Under the pieces are notes generated by a model. It did not search any database. It had not been told where the DNA came from and saw nothing but the letters and a program-made list of their open reading frames with translations. Position numbers and translations under genes: made by a program. This document shows positions 52,593 to 64,000 of a DNA stretch of 64,000 bases, piece after piece (positions within the stretch are counted from its first letter, which is position 1; each line of letters begins with the position of its first letter). The stretch covers positions 65,618,919 through 65,682,918 of the forward strand of contig NC_057718.1 of NCBI RefSeq assembly GCF_004010195.1. Direction: 5' to 3'. This DNA is from Chiloscyllium plagiosum. Its lineage: Eukaryota.

Positions 52593-55500
52593 GTTTGTTA
52601 TTTTTCATGTCTTCTGAAATTGTGATTGATTTTTGCTTAACTCTCCAAATCTCCTTGCAACCAGTAATTCCAAAATTCCTGGCTCATTGGACAGTTTATC
52701 CATGTTTTCAACAGTGTTACTGAAGGTTGAGGTCATTTGCATAGGATGTCTTTAATGTTCCTCAACATAGGATTCAGATAATATCTTTAAATCATCAGCA
52801 AATTTTAAAAGCTGGTTTTCTCTGAGGGTGTGGCAACAGAAGTTTGGCAGTATTGCAGCTTATAGTATTTTTGAATTTCCCTTAAGGCCATTCCTCTGCA
52901 AAGTCTAATGTGGAAAATATTTAGAAATATTTTTAAATGGATATGTAGGAGCACAGAGGGTAACATTAAAGAGTTTGACATTTAGTTGAAAGAATATTAC
53001 CAGTGGAGTTTTACAGGGACCTGTTTTGGGACTTGTGTTTAAAATCTTCATTAGTAGAAGTGATCTGGAGCTAGGAGTAACAAGTGCAGTGACTGAATTT
53101 GTAGATGACACAAAGTGAAAGGAGATGGAAGACTCTAAACCTGAACAAAATGGAAAATATGAATGTTCCCTGAAATTTGACATGTAGCAAATGAAATTCA
53201 CTTTCGAGAACTGGAAAGGTTCACATGCGGACAAAAAAATTCCAAAAAGCACTTAACTCATTGGCAGGAAAATGTGTGCACAAAAAAAATTCTGTAGTTC
53301 TGATTGCTGAAAAATTGAAGCAAATGCAACGGTGTTGGTGGTAGTGAATGAAAACAATATTGGAATTTATTGGAAATTCAAACTACTGAAAGAATCCCGT
53401 TACTTTTTAAATCATTGTTACAATTGCATTTTTGAGTATAGCAACCCATAATTGTCACCTGTCAGTCCTTTCATAAGTGAAGTGTCAGATCTCCGTGGAA
53501 GTCCATGGAATGGGCCATTTATTGTCATTGTGCTTGGGCAAACCTCAGCAGCTGTGCCACCTCTGGCCTTTCTGTAGGCACATTGCATGTTGCAGACTTA
53601 GTGTAGGTGGTCTTTAAAATGTGCGGAACTAAATTTCTGTGCTTGCAACCACCAATTTACTGTAAATGCTCTTCCAAGGAAATTTGGAAGGACTTTTTAA
53701 AAATGTCATTTAATACTATAAATCTTGTTAGTCCGGGAACAATTCCCCACAGAAGATCTACCTGACAATTCTACAACTGCTCTCATTTCTGCTTTACACA
53801 AAAGATACTGCAACAATTGAAAGGAAAAACAAGAAAGAAACCAGAATGAGTGAAGGGTTAGATTGAGCAATTGTGTAAACTTGAGGGAGAAAAGTTATCA
53901 TATCTTGACCTTTCCAATTTCCCTATCACAAATACATCTGTCCATGACAGATTGTAGGCAAGAATGACCACTTCTTTGTGCTCGTGGAGATGAAATCCCA
54001 TCTTCACATTGAGCATGCTCTCCATCATGTTGTATGGCACAACCACCGTGCTAAGTGGGGTAGATTCAGAACAAATCCAATAAGTCATTGTGGCACCCAA
54101 GAGACACTATAGGCCATTAGCAATGGCAGAATTGTGTTAAACCCTCAATCTGCAATCTCTTGACCTAGCATATCCCTCACTCTGCCATTATGGTTGCTCA
54201 ATGAAGAGTACCGGAAGGCATGGGCAGTAATAATATCAGGCATACTTAAAAATGTGATGTTAACTTGGTGAAGCAATGGCATCAGGAATATTTGGATTTC
54301 AGACAATGATAGCAGTATTGGATAGATATAGTAACCCATAACTAATCATTAAGCTCTAGTCCTAACCCTTCCAGTAGGAACATTTAATTGCCAATCAACA
54401 TATAGGATGAGGGTCTACATCTATTGCCATCCTCATTGGTGGGGGAGCCTCTCATATCTATGCGAAAGATGGGTCTGTCTTCAGCCAGAAGTGACCAGTT
54501 GCTGATCCATCTCACCTGAAGCCCCCAAATGTCTCAGCTGTCTGTCTTCAGCCAATTTGATTCACTCTATGATTTTAAAAAAGATGGCTGAAGCCTCTAG
54601 ATACTTCGAAGGATGTGTGTCAGAAAAGCAATTCCAGCAATCATGGTGGTTACTGGTCGTTGAAGCCTTGTGCTCCAGAACTAGCCATGCGCCTAGCCAA
54701 GCTGTTCAGGGCAGTTCCTATATTAGCATTAATTGGTAGATTGGTTTGGCATAGCTAGTTTGCAGCTCCATTATAATTTGTATTATACAACAACCAAGGT
54801 GATTTGAATGCAAGCCCCTATGTTTGGTCTTTTTTCCTCTTTCCGTTCCTATGTTTCTGTTTTCATTGTTATCTAATACCTTGATAAATTAGATGTGATT
54901 ATCAATTTGTATATTTTAAATTTTTTTTAGAAGTCCCATGACACCAAGTCAAAGTTCGACAAGATAATTATCTTGCCATTATCTCTCTGCCTATAAATTC
55001 TGTGCCTGTGTGCTTACCTCCACTCCCACCTGATGAAAAGGCAGCGCTCTAAACGCTTGTGATTTTAAATAAACCTGTCTGACTATAAACCTGGTGAGGT
55101 GTGACTTCTGACTTTGCCCACCCCAGTCCAACAGTGGCATCTCCATACCTTAGAAATTTGTATTAATATTTGGGGGTGGGGAGAGAGGTGACATGGTAAT
55201 TGATCAATTTTTAAATCGGTGACAATCAGCTTTTCAAAGGTTCAAAAATTAATAAGTTCAATGCATTTTGTTGAAGCATTTCATCTTTTATTCATCAGGA
55301 TGTTTTTGTAAGAAAATCAATTCAAGTGGCAAGCCAGAATTTGTAGTGCATGAAAGGAGATTGCTGATTAATTGGCAAGTGTACTTTAAATGGTCACAAT
55401 ATAGTCATGAAGAATGCATCTGTTAATGCTGATTGATAGTTAACTGCCCAGCCTTATTAAATTTTAAACCAGACTGATTGACTTTGGTTAGGGCATTGCA

Positions 55501-56519
55501 GTGAGAAATCTATATTGTTGAGTTCAAACAGGTGCAATGCAAAGAACAGGGCTTTGTGTGTTAACATCTGTAGCTTCCAGTATATGTAAGTGCACCACAC
55601 TGTGAGCCAGACTGACGATCCTAAATTGTCAGCATAATTCTTTGCACATTCCGGATTATCCAGCAAACACCAAATTGCAGAATTGGATGAAATGTTGAAC
55701 ATTGTGAGTTTTGCAAGTGTAGGTCAGTTGCTTGTGGCCAAATTCCTTGGCAATTCACAAAGATAATGCAGTTTGATGCAATATGTTGCTATCAAGCCAG
55801 AAAGAGGTTTTGCTAATCACACAAATGCAATGTTGCATATGAATGTCATTACCAACATGATGCCAGATATTTAGTTTATACATCCTAAAGGCTGGCTGAT
55901 TATTTCAAATAGCATGTCGTTTGCGATATTTGCAAGGAACCAGATATTGAGTGTACCTGATCAGCTTGCACTTTGAAAATCAATGCCAAACATTAGATGA
56001 GGATCTGGAGAGTTAATTTTGATGTCCAAGCAAATATATATCCCCATTTAGCACAAACGAAATAGTGTCATCTAATCATTATCATGTTATTTTGGGAGCT
56101 TGCTGTGTGTAATTTGGTTGTTGTTTCTTTTACTTTATAGTAGTGATTACACTTCAGAAGTGCTTAATTAACTTTGGAATAGCCTGAAAAGTGCTACATA
56201 AATGCAAATCTGACTACTTTTGAGAGACATTAAACGGAGGACCTTCAGTCTTCTCAGATGGATACAAACAATCTTTTGGAGCTGTTTTGCATAGCAGCAC
56301 AGTTCCATCAATGGTCTAGTCAATAAATGTCCCTTAACAAAAATCCCTGAGGTAGATACCCTGGCCACTATCTCATGACCAAGTAGAACCTTGCTATGCC
56401 AAATTGGCTGCCATATTATAAAACTTATTATGTATAAAACAATATTTATTTCATTGGTTGCAGAGCACTTTGGAACATCCTGTGTGTGTGAAAACTACTA
56501 CATTATTTCAAGTCTGTCT

Positions 56520-56709
56520 TTGGATGCAAGTTTGCTCGCTGAGCTGGAAGGTTCATTTTCAGACATTTTGTCACCATACTAGGAGCCTTCACCGGAGGCT
56601 CACTTATGATATTACCTAGTATGGTGATGAAATGTCTGAAAATGAACTTTCCAGCTCAGCGAGCAAACTTACATCCAGAACCTCAACCTGAGGTACAAAT
56701 CTCTTCAAA
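56520..56709. mobile_element. Fold-back Penelope pseudo-LTR mini-element (family of the 50 kb copy)
   Basis: Arms 56521-56583 and 56614-56677; AAGTCTGTCT at 56510-56519 and 56710-56719. Confidence 0.78.
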
Positions 56710-57091
56710 AAGTCTGTCTATTGGTATTTTTTAAAATGTAGGACTTACCAAAATAAAGCATAGAAACCACGTTCAAAAAGTATGGAACGTGTGGGAGCTA
56801 GTTTCAAAGTTGCAATAAATTCTGAAGATTTGTATCAAGCTGTTTGGCCTGTGGTTTTGTAGTTGGGTTGTGTTATTTAAAACTCACTTTTAAAATCAAT
56901 GTGAAAGCCAGCTTAAGTTAAGCTCAGGGTAACTTCATATAGTTTCATTCCTGCCATTTTTCTCAGACGAGTAAATTAATACTTGAACTTTTTTGCAAGT
57001 GCAAAATCTTTGATTGGTCAAAGAATTTGAGAGAATGTTTGACTTATCAGGAAGTGGTGTGCTCAGAAATTTAAAATGTTGCTATTAACAG

Positions 57092-57181
57092 GAAGACCAC
57101 GACCTCTGTCAATGCCGGTGAGTGGGAGCTGGATGGCTGCAGTTGAAGCTTGTTCAAGGCCCAGAGTGGAAGGAAGGAAAG
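57092..57181 (+). CDS. CNKSR3: CNKSR3 penultimate exon (90 nt): (G)RPRPLSMPVSGSWMAAVEACSRPRVEGRK(G)
   Basis: ttaacag|GA...AAA G|gtttgt; conserved RPLSMP motif; visible in ORF 57076..57348. Confidence 0.93.
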
Positions 57182-57367
57182 GTTTGTTAAAAGTCTACAG
57201 TTATGCTCTAAAAAAGAAACACGTTGGATTCAATGTTAACTCTTTGTCTTTCCTCGAGTATACAGTTGTTGTTTATGGCTGTCTCCTTAATGTGTGCAGA
57301 ATATTTGAGTTTCCAGATGTCCAAGTAATATTAAAATTGTTTTATTGAAAAGCCTTGTGGCAAGATG

Positions 57368-58293
57368 TGATGTGATCTATATGGACTTCAGTAAGGTGTT
57401 CGACAAAGTTCCCCATGGGAGACTGGTTAGCAAGGTTAGATCGCATGGAATACAGGGAGAACTAGCCATTTGGATACAGAACTGGCTCAAAGGTAGAAGA
57501 CAGAGGGTGGTGGTGGAGGGTTGTTTTTCAGACTGGAGGCCTGTGACCAGTGAGGTGCCACAAGAATCAGTGCTGGATCTTCTACTTTTTGTCATTTATA
57601 TAAATGATTTGGATGCGAGCATAAGAGGTATAGTCAGGAAGTTTGCAGATGATGCCAAAATTTGAGGTGTAGTGGAGGCGAAGAAGGTTACCTCACATTA
57701 CAACAGGAATTTTGATCAGATGGGTCAGTGGGCTGAGATGTGGCAGATGGAGTTTAATTCCGATAAATGCGAGGTGCTGCATTTTGGGAAAGCAAATCTG
57801 AACAGGACTTATACACTTAATGGTAAGGTCCTCTGGAGTGTTGCTGAACAAAGAGACCTTGAAGTCCAGGTTCATAGCTCCTTGAAAGTAGAGTCGCAGG
57901 TAGATAGGATAGTGAAGAAGGTGTTTGATATGCTTTCCTTTATTGGTCAAGAGTATTGAGTACAGCAGTTGGGAGATCATGTTGCAGTTGTACAGGACGT
58001 TGGTTAGGCCACTGTTGGAATATTGCGTGCAGTTCTGGTCTCCTTCCTATCGGAATGATGTTGTGAAACTTGAAACGGATCAGAAAAGACTTACAAGGAT
58101 GTTGCCAGGGTTGGAGGATTTGAGCTACAGGGAGAGGTTGAACAGGGTGGGGCTGTTTTTTCTGGAACGTCGGAGGCTGAGGGGTGACCTTATAGAGGTT
58201 TACAATTATAAGGGGCATGGATAGGATAAATAGACAAAGTCTTTTCCCTGGGGTTGGGGAGTCCAGAACTAGAGGGCATAGGTTTAGGGTGAG
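57368..58293 (+). mobile_element. Young CR1 LINE ORF2, running into N gap 58294-58521
   Basis: YMDFSKVFDKVPHG, KFADDAKI, FNSDKCEVLHFG, LEYCVQFWSP, RRLRGDLIEVY. Confidence 0.93.
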
Positions 58294-59194
58294 NNNNNNN
58301 NNNNNNNNNNNNNNNNNNNNNNNNNNNNNNNNNNNNNNNNNNNNNNNNNNNNNNNNNNNNNNNNNNNNNNNNNNNNNNNNNNNNNNNNNNNNNNNNNNNN
58401 NNNNNNNNNNNNNNNNNNNNNNNNNNNNNNNNNNNNNNNNNNNNNNNNNNNNNNNNNNNNNNNNNNNNNNNNNNNNNNNNNNNNNNNNNNNNNNNNNNNN
58501 NNNNNNNNNNNNNNNNNNNNNCCCTGCACACTCTTCATTCTTCCTGCCCCCACCGCTGACCACAATCTTTAAGCCATGCATTTAATTCCTTTGCTTTATT
58601 CACCGTGTGCCATTTTGCCCATAGCTCTGATAATAATCCTGAGATTATCACCTTGGAAGTTCTTCATTTTTATTTAGCTACTAACTGTTCAGAATATTTC
58701 AGCAGAACCTTCTTTCCAGTCTTATTAGTGTTATTAGCATTAATGCTGACAACCACAACTGAACCCTCCAGCTCCGAGACATCTTTAACGCTAAGGCAGG
58801 CAGCACAGCCATTAGGACTCCTACTCAGAGCTGTAGAGAACAGGATCTATCTCCCTAATTACTACCTCTACCATCAATACATTTCTACCTCCAAGTGAAT
58901 GGTTCTCTGTATTCCCTGTTTGTGGTCATGTCGCTAATCCTCCCTGTAGTCTCTACTCTAATTCTCATGCGTTAAGGGAACCTTGTGACTGTGAAACAAT
59001 TTCAGGGACTAAGGTTGCTCTAGAGCTGTCCCTTTATGTGCCTCATGTACAATCATGCTCCCTAATCTTTGGTCACAGATCGAGTTTGAAATGCCTAATC
59101 TAAGCGATGTGAATGCCACCTGGAGCAAAGTTTCCAGCTAACTTGCCCTTTTCTGTTGTGGTGCAATGTCTGCAGTTTGGACTCCCAGAATTTG

Positions 59195-59470
59195 GGGTGG
59201 CATAGTGGCTGTGTGGTTAGCACTGTTGCCTCACAGCGTCAGAGACCCAGATTCGATTCCAGCCTCAGGTGACTGTCCATGTGTGGAGTTTGCACATTCT
59301 CCCCGTGTCTGCATGGGTTTCCTCCAGGTGCTGCAGTTTCCTCCCACACACCTAGTGTTAGGTGTATTTGTCGGAGGAAAATGAGTCTCGGTGGGTTACT
59401 CTTTGGAGGGTTGGTGAGGACATGTTGGGCTGAAGGGTCTATTTCCACTCTGTAGGGAATCTAATCCAAA
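59195..59470 (+). mobile_element. HE1-type V-SINE, diverged and internally deleted
   Basis: gtggttagcactgttgcctcacagc..gattcgattcc head plus V-domain, colinear with 45567-45883. Confidence 0.85.
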
Positions 59471-60229
59471 CTTAAATTGCTTTAACTGCAAATGCTTGCA
59501 ACAAATATATTTGCTGTAGACCAGATTTGTGTCAAGCATATGCTGTTGCAATACATCATGTGACCTGGTGTCTCTTCAAATTATTTATTAGTCACTCCAG
59601 TATCCCTGTTCATTGGAGTGTATTGTATTACTTCTTTTTATTACCACACTCTTTATAAATCGTGCTTCTAATCATTTTTTTTTCCCAGAAAGAGAGAAAT
59701 GGGAAAAGCCTGGAGACTAAAGGCAAACTGAAGACCTTCTTTTCACTTCACAGAATAGAAATACTCAAAAATCAACTGCTTTGTTTAGGCAAAAAACCAC
59801 CAAATGCTTCTCGTCTTCCTCCATTGAACTCTGAGATACTTAACTTATGAAGTCTATTGTAATTCAATTCACACTAGGTTGATTACTTGTGTCCGGTCCT
59901 AACAAAGGTCCTAGCTCACTCAGTAAATGAGGATTTGAGCTTTAGTGAGTTCTTAATTAGATGACTCTTTCAATGCAACCCTTTTAAAATAAGCCTGTGC
60001 AAAGCTTCCGACTACAGACTAAAGCTGCCTATTTCTCTTTGATGCTTCTAGCCTGGAATGTCTACTTTTGAGGCACCATAGCAGCTTTGGACCCACAGAT
60101 CACATCAAATGACTCTTAACTGCCATCTCGTGCAACTTGTTTGTGATTTTTAAAACAGTTGCAGAGTGTTCTAGCCAGAAGCACAATATAGTTATGGCTT
60201 AACTGTGCATCACCCAAATTTACTTAATA

Positions 60230-60960
60230 TTTATCAGTCAAGTATAGGAACTTTATGCTATTTCATGTATTTCAATGGTGCTCCCAATACAATATGTTGC
60301 CCTCAAATAAGTGGACCAAAATTGTGCACAATTCTCCAGGTGTGATCTCACTAATTAATGCCTTGAACCGTTGCAGCAATAAGTCCCTAATTTTATCACT
60401 TTCTTCCTTTAGCAATAAATGCCAAAATTCCATTTGGCTTCATTATTACCTGTTGTTCCTGCATATTCATTTTCTGCAATTCATGTATGAAGACACCCAA
60501 ATCCTTCTTCTGAAGTTTTTCTTTATTTAAACATTCAATTTGCCTTACTCTTCATCTGACTAAAACGAATAACTGCACATTTACACTTGTTAAACTTCAA
60601 CTGCTAAATTTTAGCCCATTCATCTAACCTATCCATATCATTTGTAAGTTTCTTATTTCTTCATTGCAACTTACTTTCCCACCTATTTTAATATCAGAGC
60701 TCGAGTGCCAGTTTAAAATTGAGACGAAATGACGAATATTTTTGAGGTTTACAAGTCTCTGGAACTCAATTATCCAGAGAGCAGTGGAGGCAGGTTCTTT
60801 GAATTTATCTAAGGCTGAGTTTGGTAAATTTTCGATTGGCAAAGGAGTCTAGATTTATGGGGGACAGCAGGGAGATGGAGTTGAGACCACAATCAGACCA
60901 CACCATGATCATATTGAATGGGGAAGCAGACTGAAAGGGCCAAATGGCCTATTGCTGCTG
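60230..60960. mobile_element. CR1 LINE with 5' inversion (minus 60230-60700, plus 60700-60960)
   Basis: Minus strand DIKIGGKV..LENCAQFWS; plus strand LWNS..3' UTR gggccaaatggcctattgctgct. Confidence 0.65.
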
Positions 60961-61254
60961 CCATGCACCCTCAAAACAGACTGATTTTTGTTTTACTGTG
61001 ACTGGTATATTGATGCTCTCATACTTAAACAACTGCGCTCAAAGTCAGAAACTCTGTTTGGGTTGCAGCATGTGCAGGGATACTTGCAACACTCCCAAGT
61101 GTTGATTGATTTAAAAGGATGTGAAGTGAGTTGTCAAAGTAATACTTGTGAACTAAAGTAAAATGTATGAATCTAGTAAGATTTTTATATTATTTAACTT
61201 GTTTACTCTCCAAGTTTCCTTAACTTCAGTTCTAAAAATGGCAATCTCTTTCAG

Positions 61255-61526
61255 GGGGTGACTATCTCTACAGATACTTCAGCAATGATAGGATTCCACC
61301 AATCAATGAAGATTGTGCTGCAGCACATATTTCTCAACCAGCCGCTGGCAGACACTCTGGAAGGGCTGTGAGCGGGAGGTATTCTGTCAGCCCTGAACCT
61401 CTCAATAGTGTGGTATTCCCTAATCAGCAAGACAGACCCCAAAAAAGCAGACATTCACCAGATAAAAGCTCATCAGCACATTCAACGGTCAGTTGGATTT
61501 CAAGATTTAAGCTATTAACTCAATGA
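61255..61526 (+). CDS. CNKSR3: CNKSR3 terminal coding exon: (G)GDYLYRYFSNDRIPPINED...STVSWISRFKLLTQ*
   Basis: ctttcag|GG GGT...CAA TGA; matches human CNK3 [20 protein letters not shown]...VSWFTRLKLLTH, which points to CNKSR3 rather than CNKSR2; not in the ORF track. Confidence 0.93.
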
Positions 61527-61773
61527 ATTTTATGTTTTTTGCCATTCATTTCACACTTGTGTCCGAGAGGAATATGCTAAGCTATATGTTGACTCATTTT
61601 GTGATGCAATCACTGATTAAAAATACAACAGGTGTCACTTGGTCAATTTTTAACATCAGAGTAAAAATGCACATGTCTCAAGAGAATCGTGTTAATTGTG
61701 CCTTATGCAGTGAGTTAATAGATTACAAATGCAATGTGTTTTATCCATTTGGTTTGATTTTATAACACCACCT

Positions 61774-61779
61774 AATAAA
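61774..61779 (+). promoter_or_regulatory. Candidate polyadenylation signal AATAAA
   Basis: AATAAA about 250 nt after the stop, followed by a T-rich tract near 61800; other AATAAA occur further downstream. Confidence 0.4.
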
Positions 61780-64000
61780 TGTGCAGCAAAGTTGCATCAG
61801 TTTTTTTTTCCCTCTGGAGATCCTAGACACAGGTTTTAAGTCTTAGAGTATATGAACGGAACAATGGAAAAGGATTTTGCATTGACTTTCTAAATTAGCT
61901 CTCGACTGATGTTTGTAGCAATTGCATATTTTTTCTTCAGTAATAAGTAGAATTGGAGATTAAATTATGTTTTGCTTGTTACAGAAACTGAAAGCAGGGC
62001 AACGGTGTACATTGTTTTGCAAATGCAATTACTTTGATATGTGGATATGTATATAAAAATCTTTGTAATACATGATTCCCCAAGCAACCCATTTGTTCTG
62101 AATACCTTTAATGCCCCTCTTGTGATTAACTGATAGAGCAACCTTGTTATAATCCAAAGGAAGTGTGAATGATCTCATGAGTGAACTGATGTTTACATTT
62201 ATCAGACCACTGACCTAAGTTGTATGTGCATTGTTAGTTAGCTAAATCTTTAATGCAGTGCATTCCGAAGGGACAGAGAAACTCTTAAAGGACATATTCA
62301 ACTGGTATCACGTACCAAGCTAGATTGAGTTTTCCGATTTCTGAAATTTTTAGTGCTACTTCATTTTTTAAAAATAAAATCATTGGTATCTATTATCACT
62401 TGAGTGAAATCATAGAAAATTTCAGCTCTGCAGGAGACCATTCAACATTTTAAGGCTAGCTGCTGTGAAACCATCCAGCCTCATTTTGCTTTCCAGTGCC
62501 ATTGCCTTATAGGTTGCAGCACTTCAAGTGAATATTCAAGTAATTTTTACATTTTGAGGATTTTTTGACCCTTGCAACTTCTCAGGCAGTGGAATGAAAT
62601 CTTCTCTACTCTCTGCATGGAATACTTTCTCCTCAAATTGTTTGAAAGCTCCTACCTCTCGTGACAAATTTTTGCATGAAAATGCCTGAAACTGTTAAAC
62701 TCCAAGTCATTGATATACACCCAAAAAGAAGGCAAAGGACCTAGCGCTGAACCCTGTACAACCCACTGGAAACAGCTTTGCACAGGACTTGGTGACTGAG
62801 CAAATTTCATTCTACCATCATGCAAGTTCTAAATTTTGATACGTTTTATACTTGTATGTTTCTCTTTAGATTGTTTTATTTAATCTTGCAACCTGTCGAT
62901 ATTTAGTTTTTGATGCTAGATTTCTCTTTTTTTGATAGCTTTGGCACATTCTCATTGAGACTGTTCTGAAGATAGTGTTAGTTTTGCTTTCATTTTGGAA
63001 TGCTGCCAATTTAGAATTGGGATAAATTGCTTATTTTCCCTTTGTGTACTTGTGTCTATTTTGCATATATGGGCCATTATTGAACAGTTTTAATTGGTCT
63101 GTAGTTGGCTTTAAGTCCAAGTCAAATATCAGTCTCTTTTTTTATTGGTTTATTGAAGACAGATGCTTCTAGGCGTGTGAATCAGGGATGTGGAAGTTAT
63201 TTGATGGACAACTTGTTTTTGTTTTCTTTAGCCAAAGATACCTGAAGAACTGTGATCAAGAAAATCCGATATTCAGATTTCAGTTCCTCAGAAGGTCATT
63301 GATTATCCTGAGTTGTGATCTATGTCTGCTCATTCCCAGCTCATAAGACCACAATCAAAATGTTGTTCTGGAGGAACTAGATGCAATGGATGATAGAACT
63401 GACTAAAATAAACTTTTCTTTAAAAAAAATTCTTATTCCCTTTCCACTGCTTAATGTGCAGCTACTTCAGCAGTGAGGTAATTGAACTGTACAAATACGT
63501 AAAGAAATTTTATAAAACAAAAATAATCTCAACCAAAGTTTGGAATGCACACTAAGTGTATGGAGTGTTTGTCTCATTCAGCCAATGAGCTCTAGTTCAG
63601 AGCATCTGGGCAATTTCCTGTGATATGAATGGAAATATACATCATGTAATGAAATGAGACATCTGTACAAATCTGGTCAAGAAAAATGGTGTGCATCTCT
63701 ATAGTGGTGACTTTAATGATCGGGAATTTCAAGGTTTAGCCTAGAAGTGCAGTTAAATGAGACACAAACCTGCATGTGCAGTTTACTTGCCAAATAGATA
63801 ATGATTCATCTGGATTACTGGATTGTGTAGATTTACAACTATTTGGATGTTAATAGAGTATTTAAATATATATAAAAATGCCTTACGGTTTTGTTTTTAA
63901 CTTGTATTAATGTACAATATTCAATGGTCTACCACGGCTATCAGTGTATAAACTAATTTGTAATACGTGTGTTGATAGAAAGAGTTCTGTGACATGCCCC

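Noticed and set aside
63232..63294. Possible downstream exon (ttctttag|CCAAAG...AAG|gtcatt) for an IPCEF1 fusion
   Set aside because: Has a stop in the phase required after 57181 and no similarity to IPCEF1

Overview
AT-rich, repeat-dense vertebrate DNA, probably from a cartilaginous fish (inferred from HE1-type V-SINEs and the CR1/Penelope repertoire). The + strand carries the last nine coding exons of CNKSR3 (end of CRIC region, PDZ domain, proline-rich region, terminal exon and stop). All have AG/GT boundaries and continuous phase. The introns hold CR1 LINEs, a Rex1/Babar LINE, an RTE remnant, V-SINEs and many Penelope-like (GIY-YIG) pieces whose pseudo-LTRs carry minimal hammerhead ribozyme motifs, several arranged as fold-back elements with target-site duplications. 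The standout is a minus-strand intronic element at about 19.8-21.7 kb with the R2 A-clade N-terminus (three zinc fingers plus Myb). It has no 28S rDNA flank and appears joined, without a reverse transcriptase, to a decayed CCHC/restriction-like endonuclease tail. It is a candidate non-rDNA, internally deleted R2 derivative. There are three N gaps. Family comparisons are from memory and repeat boundaries are approximate.
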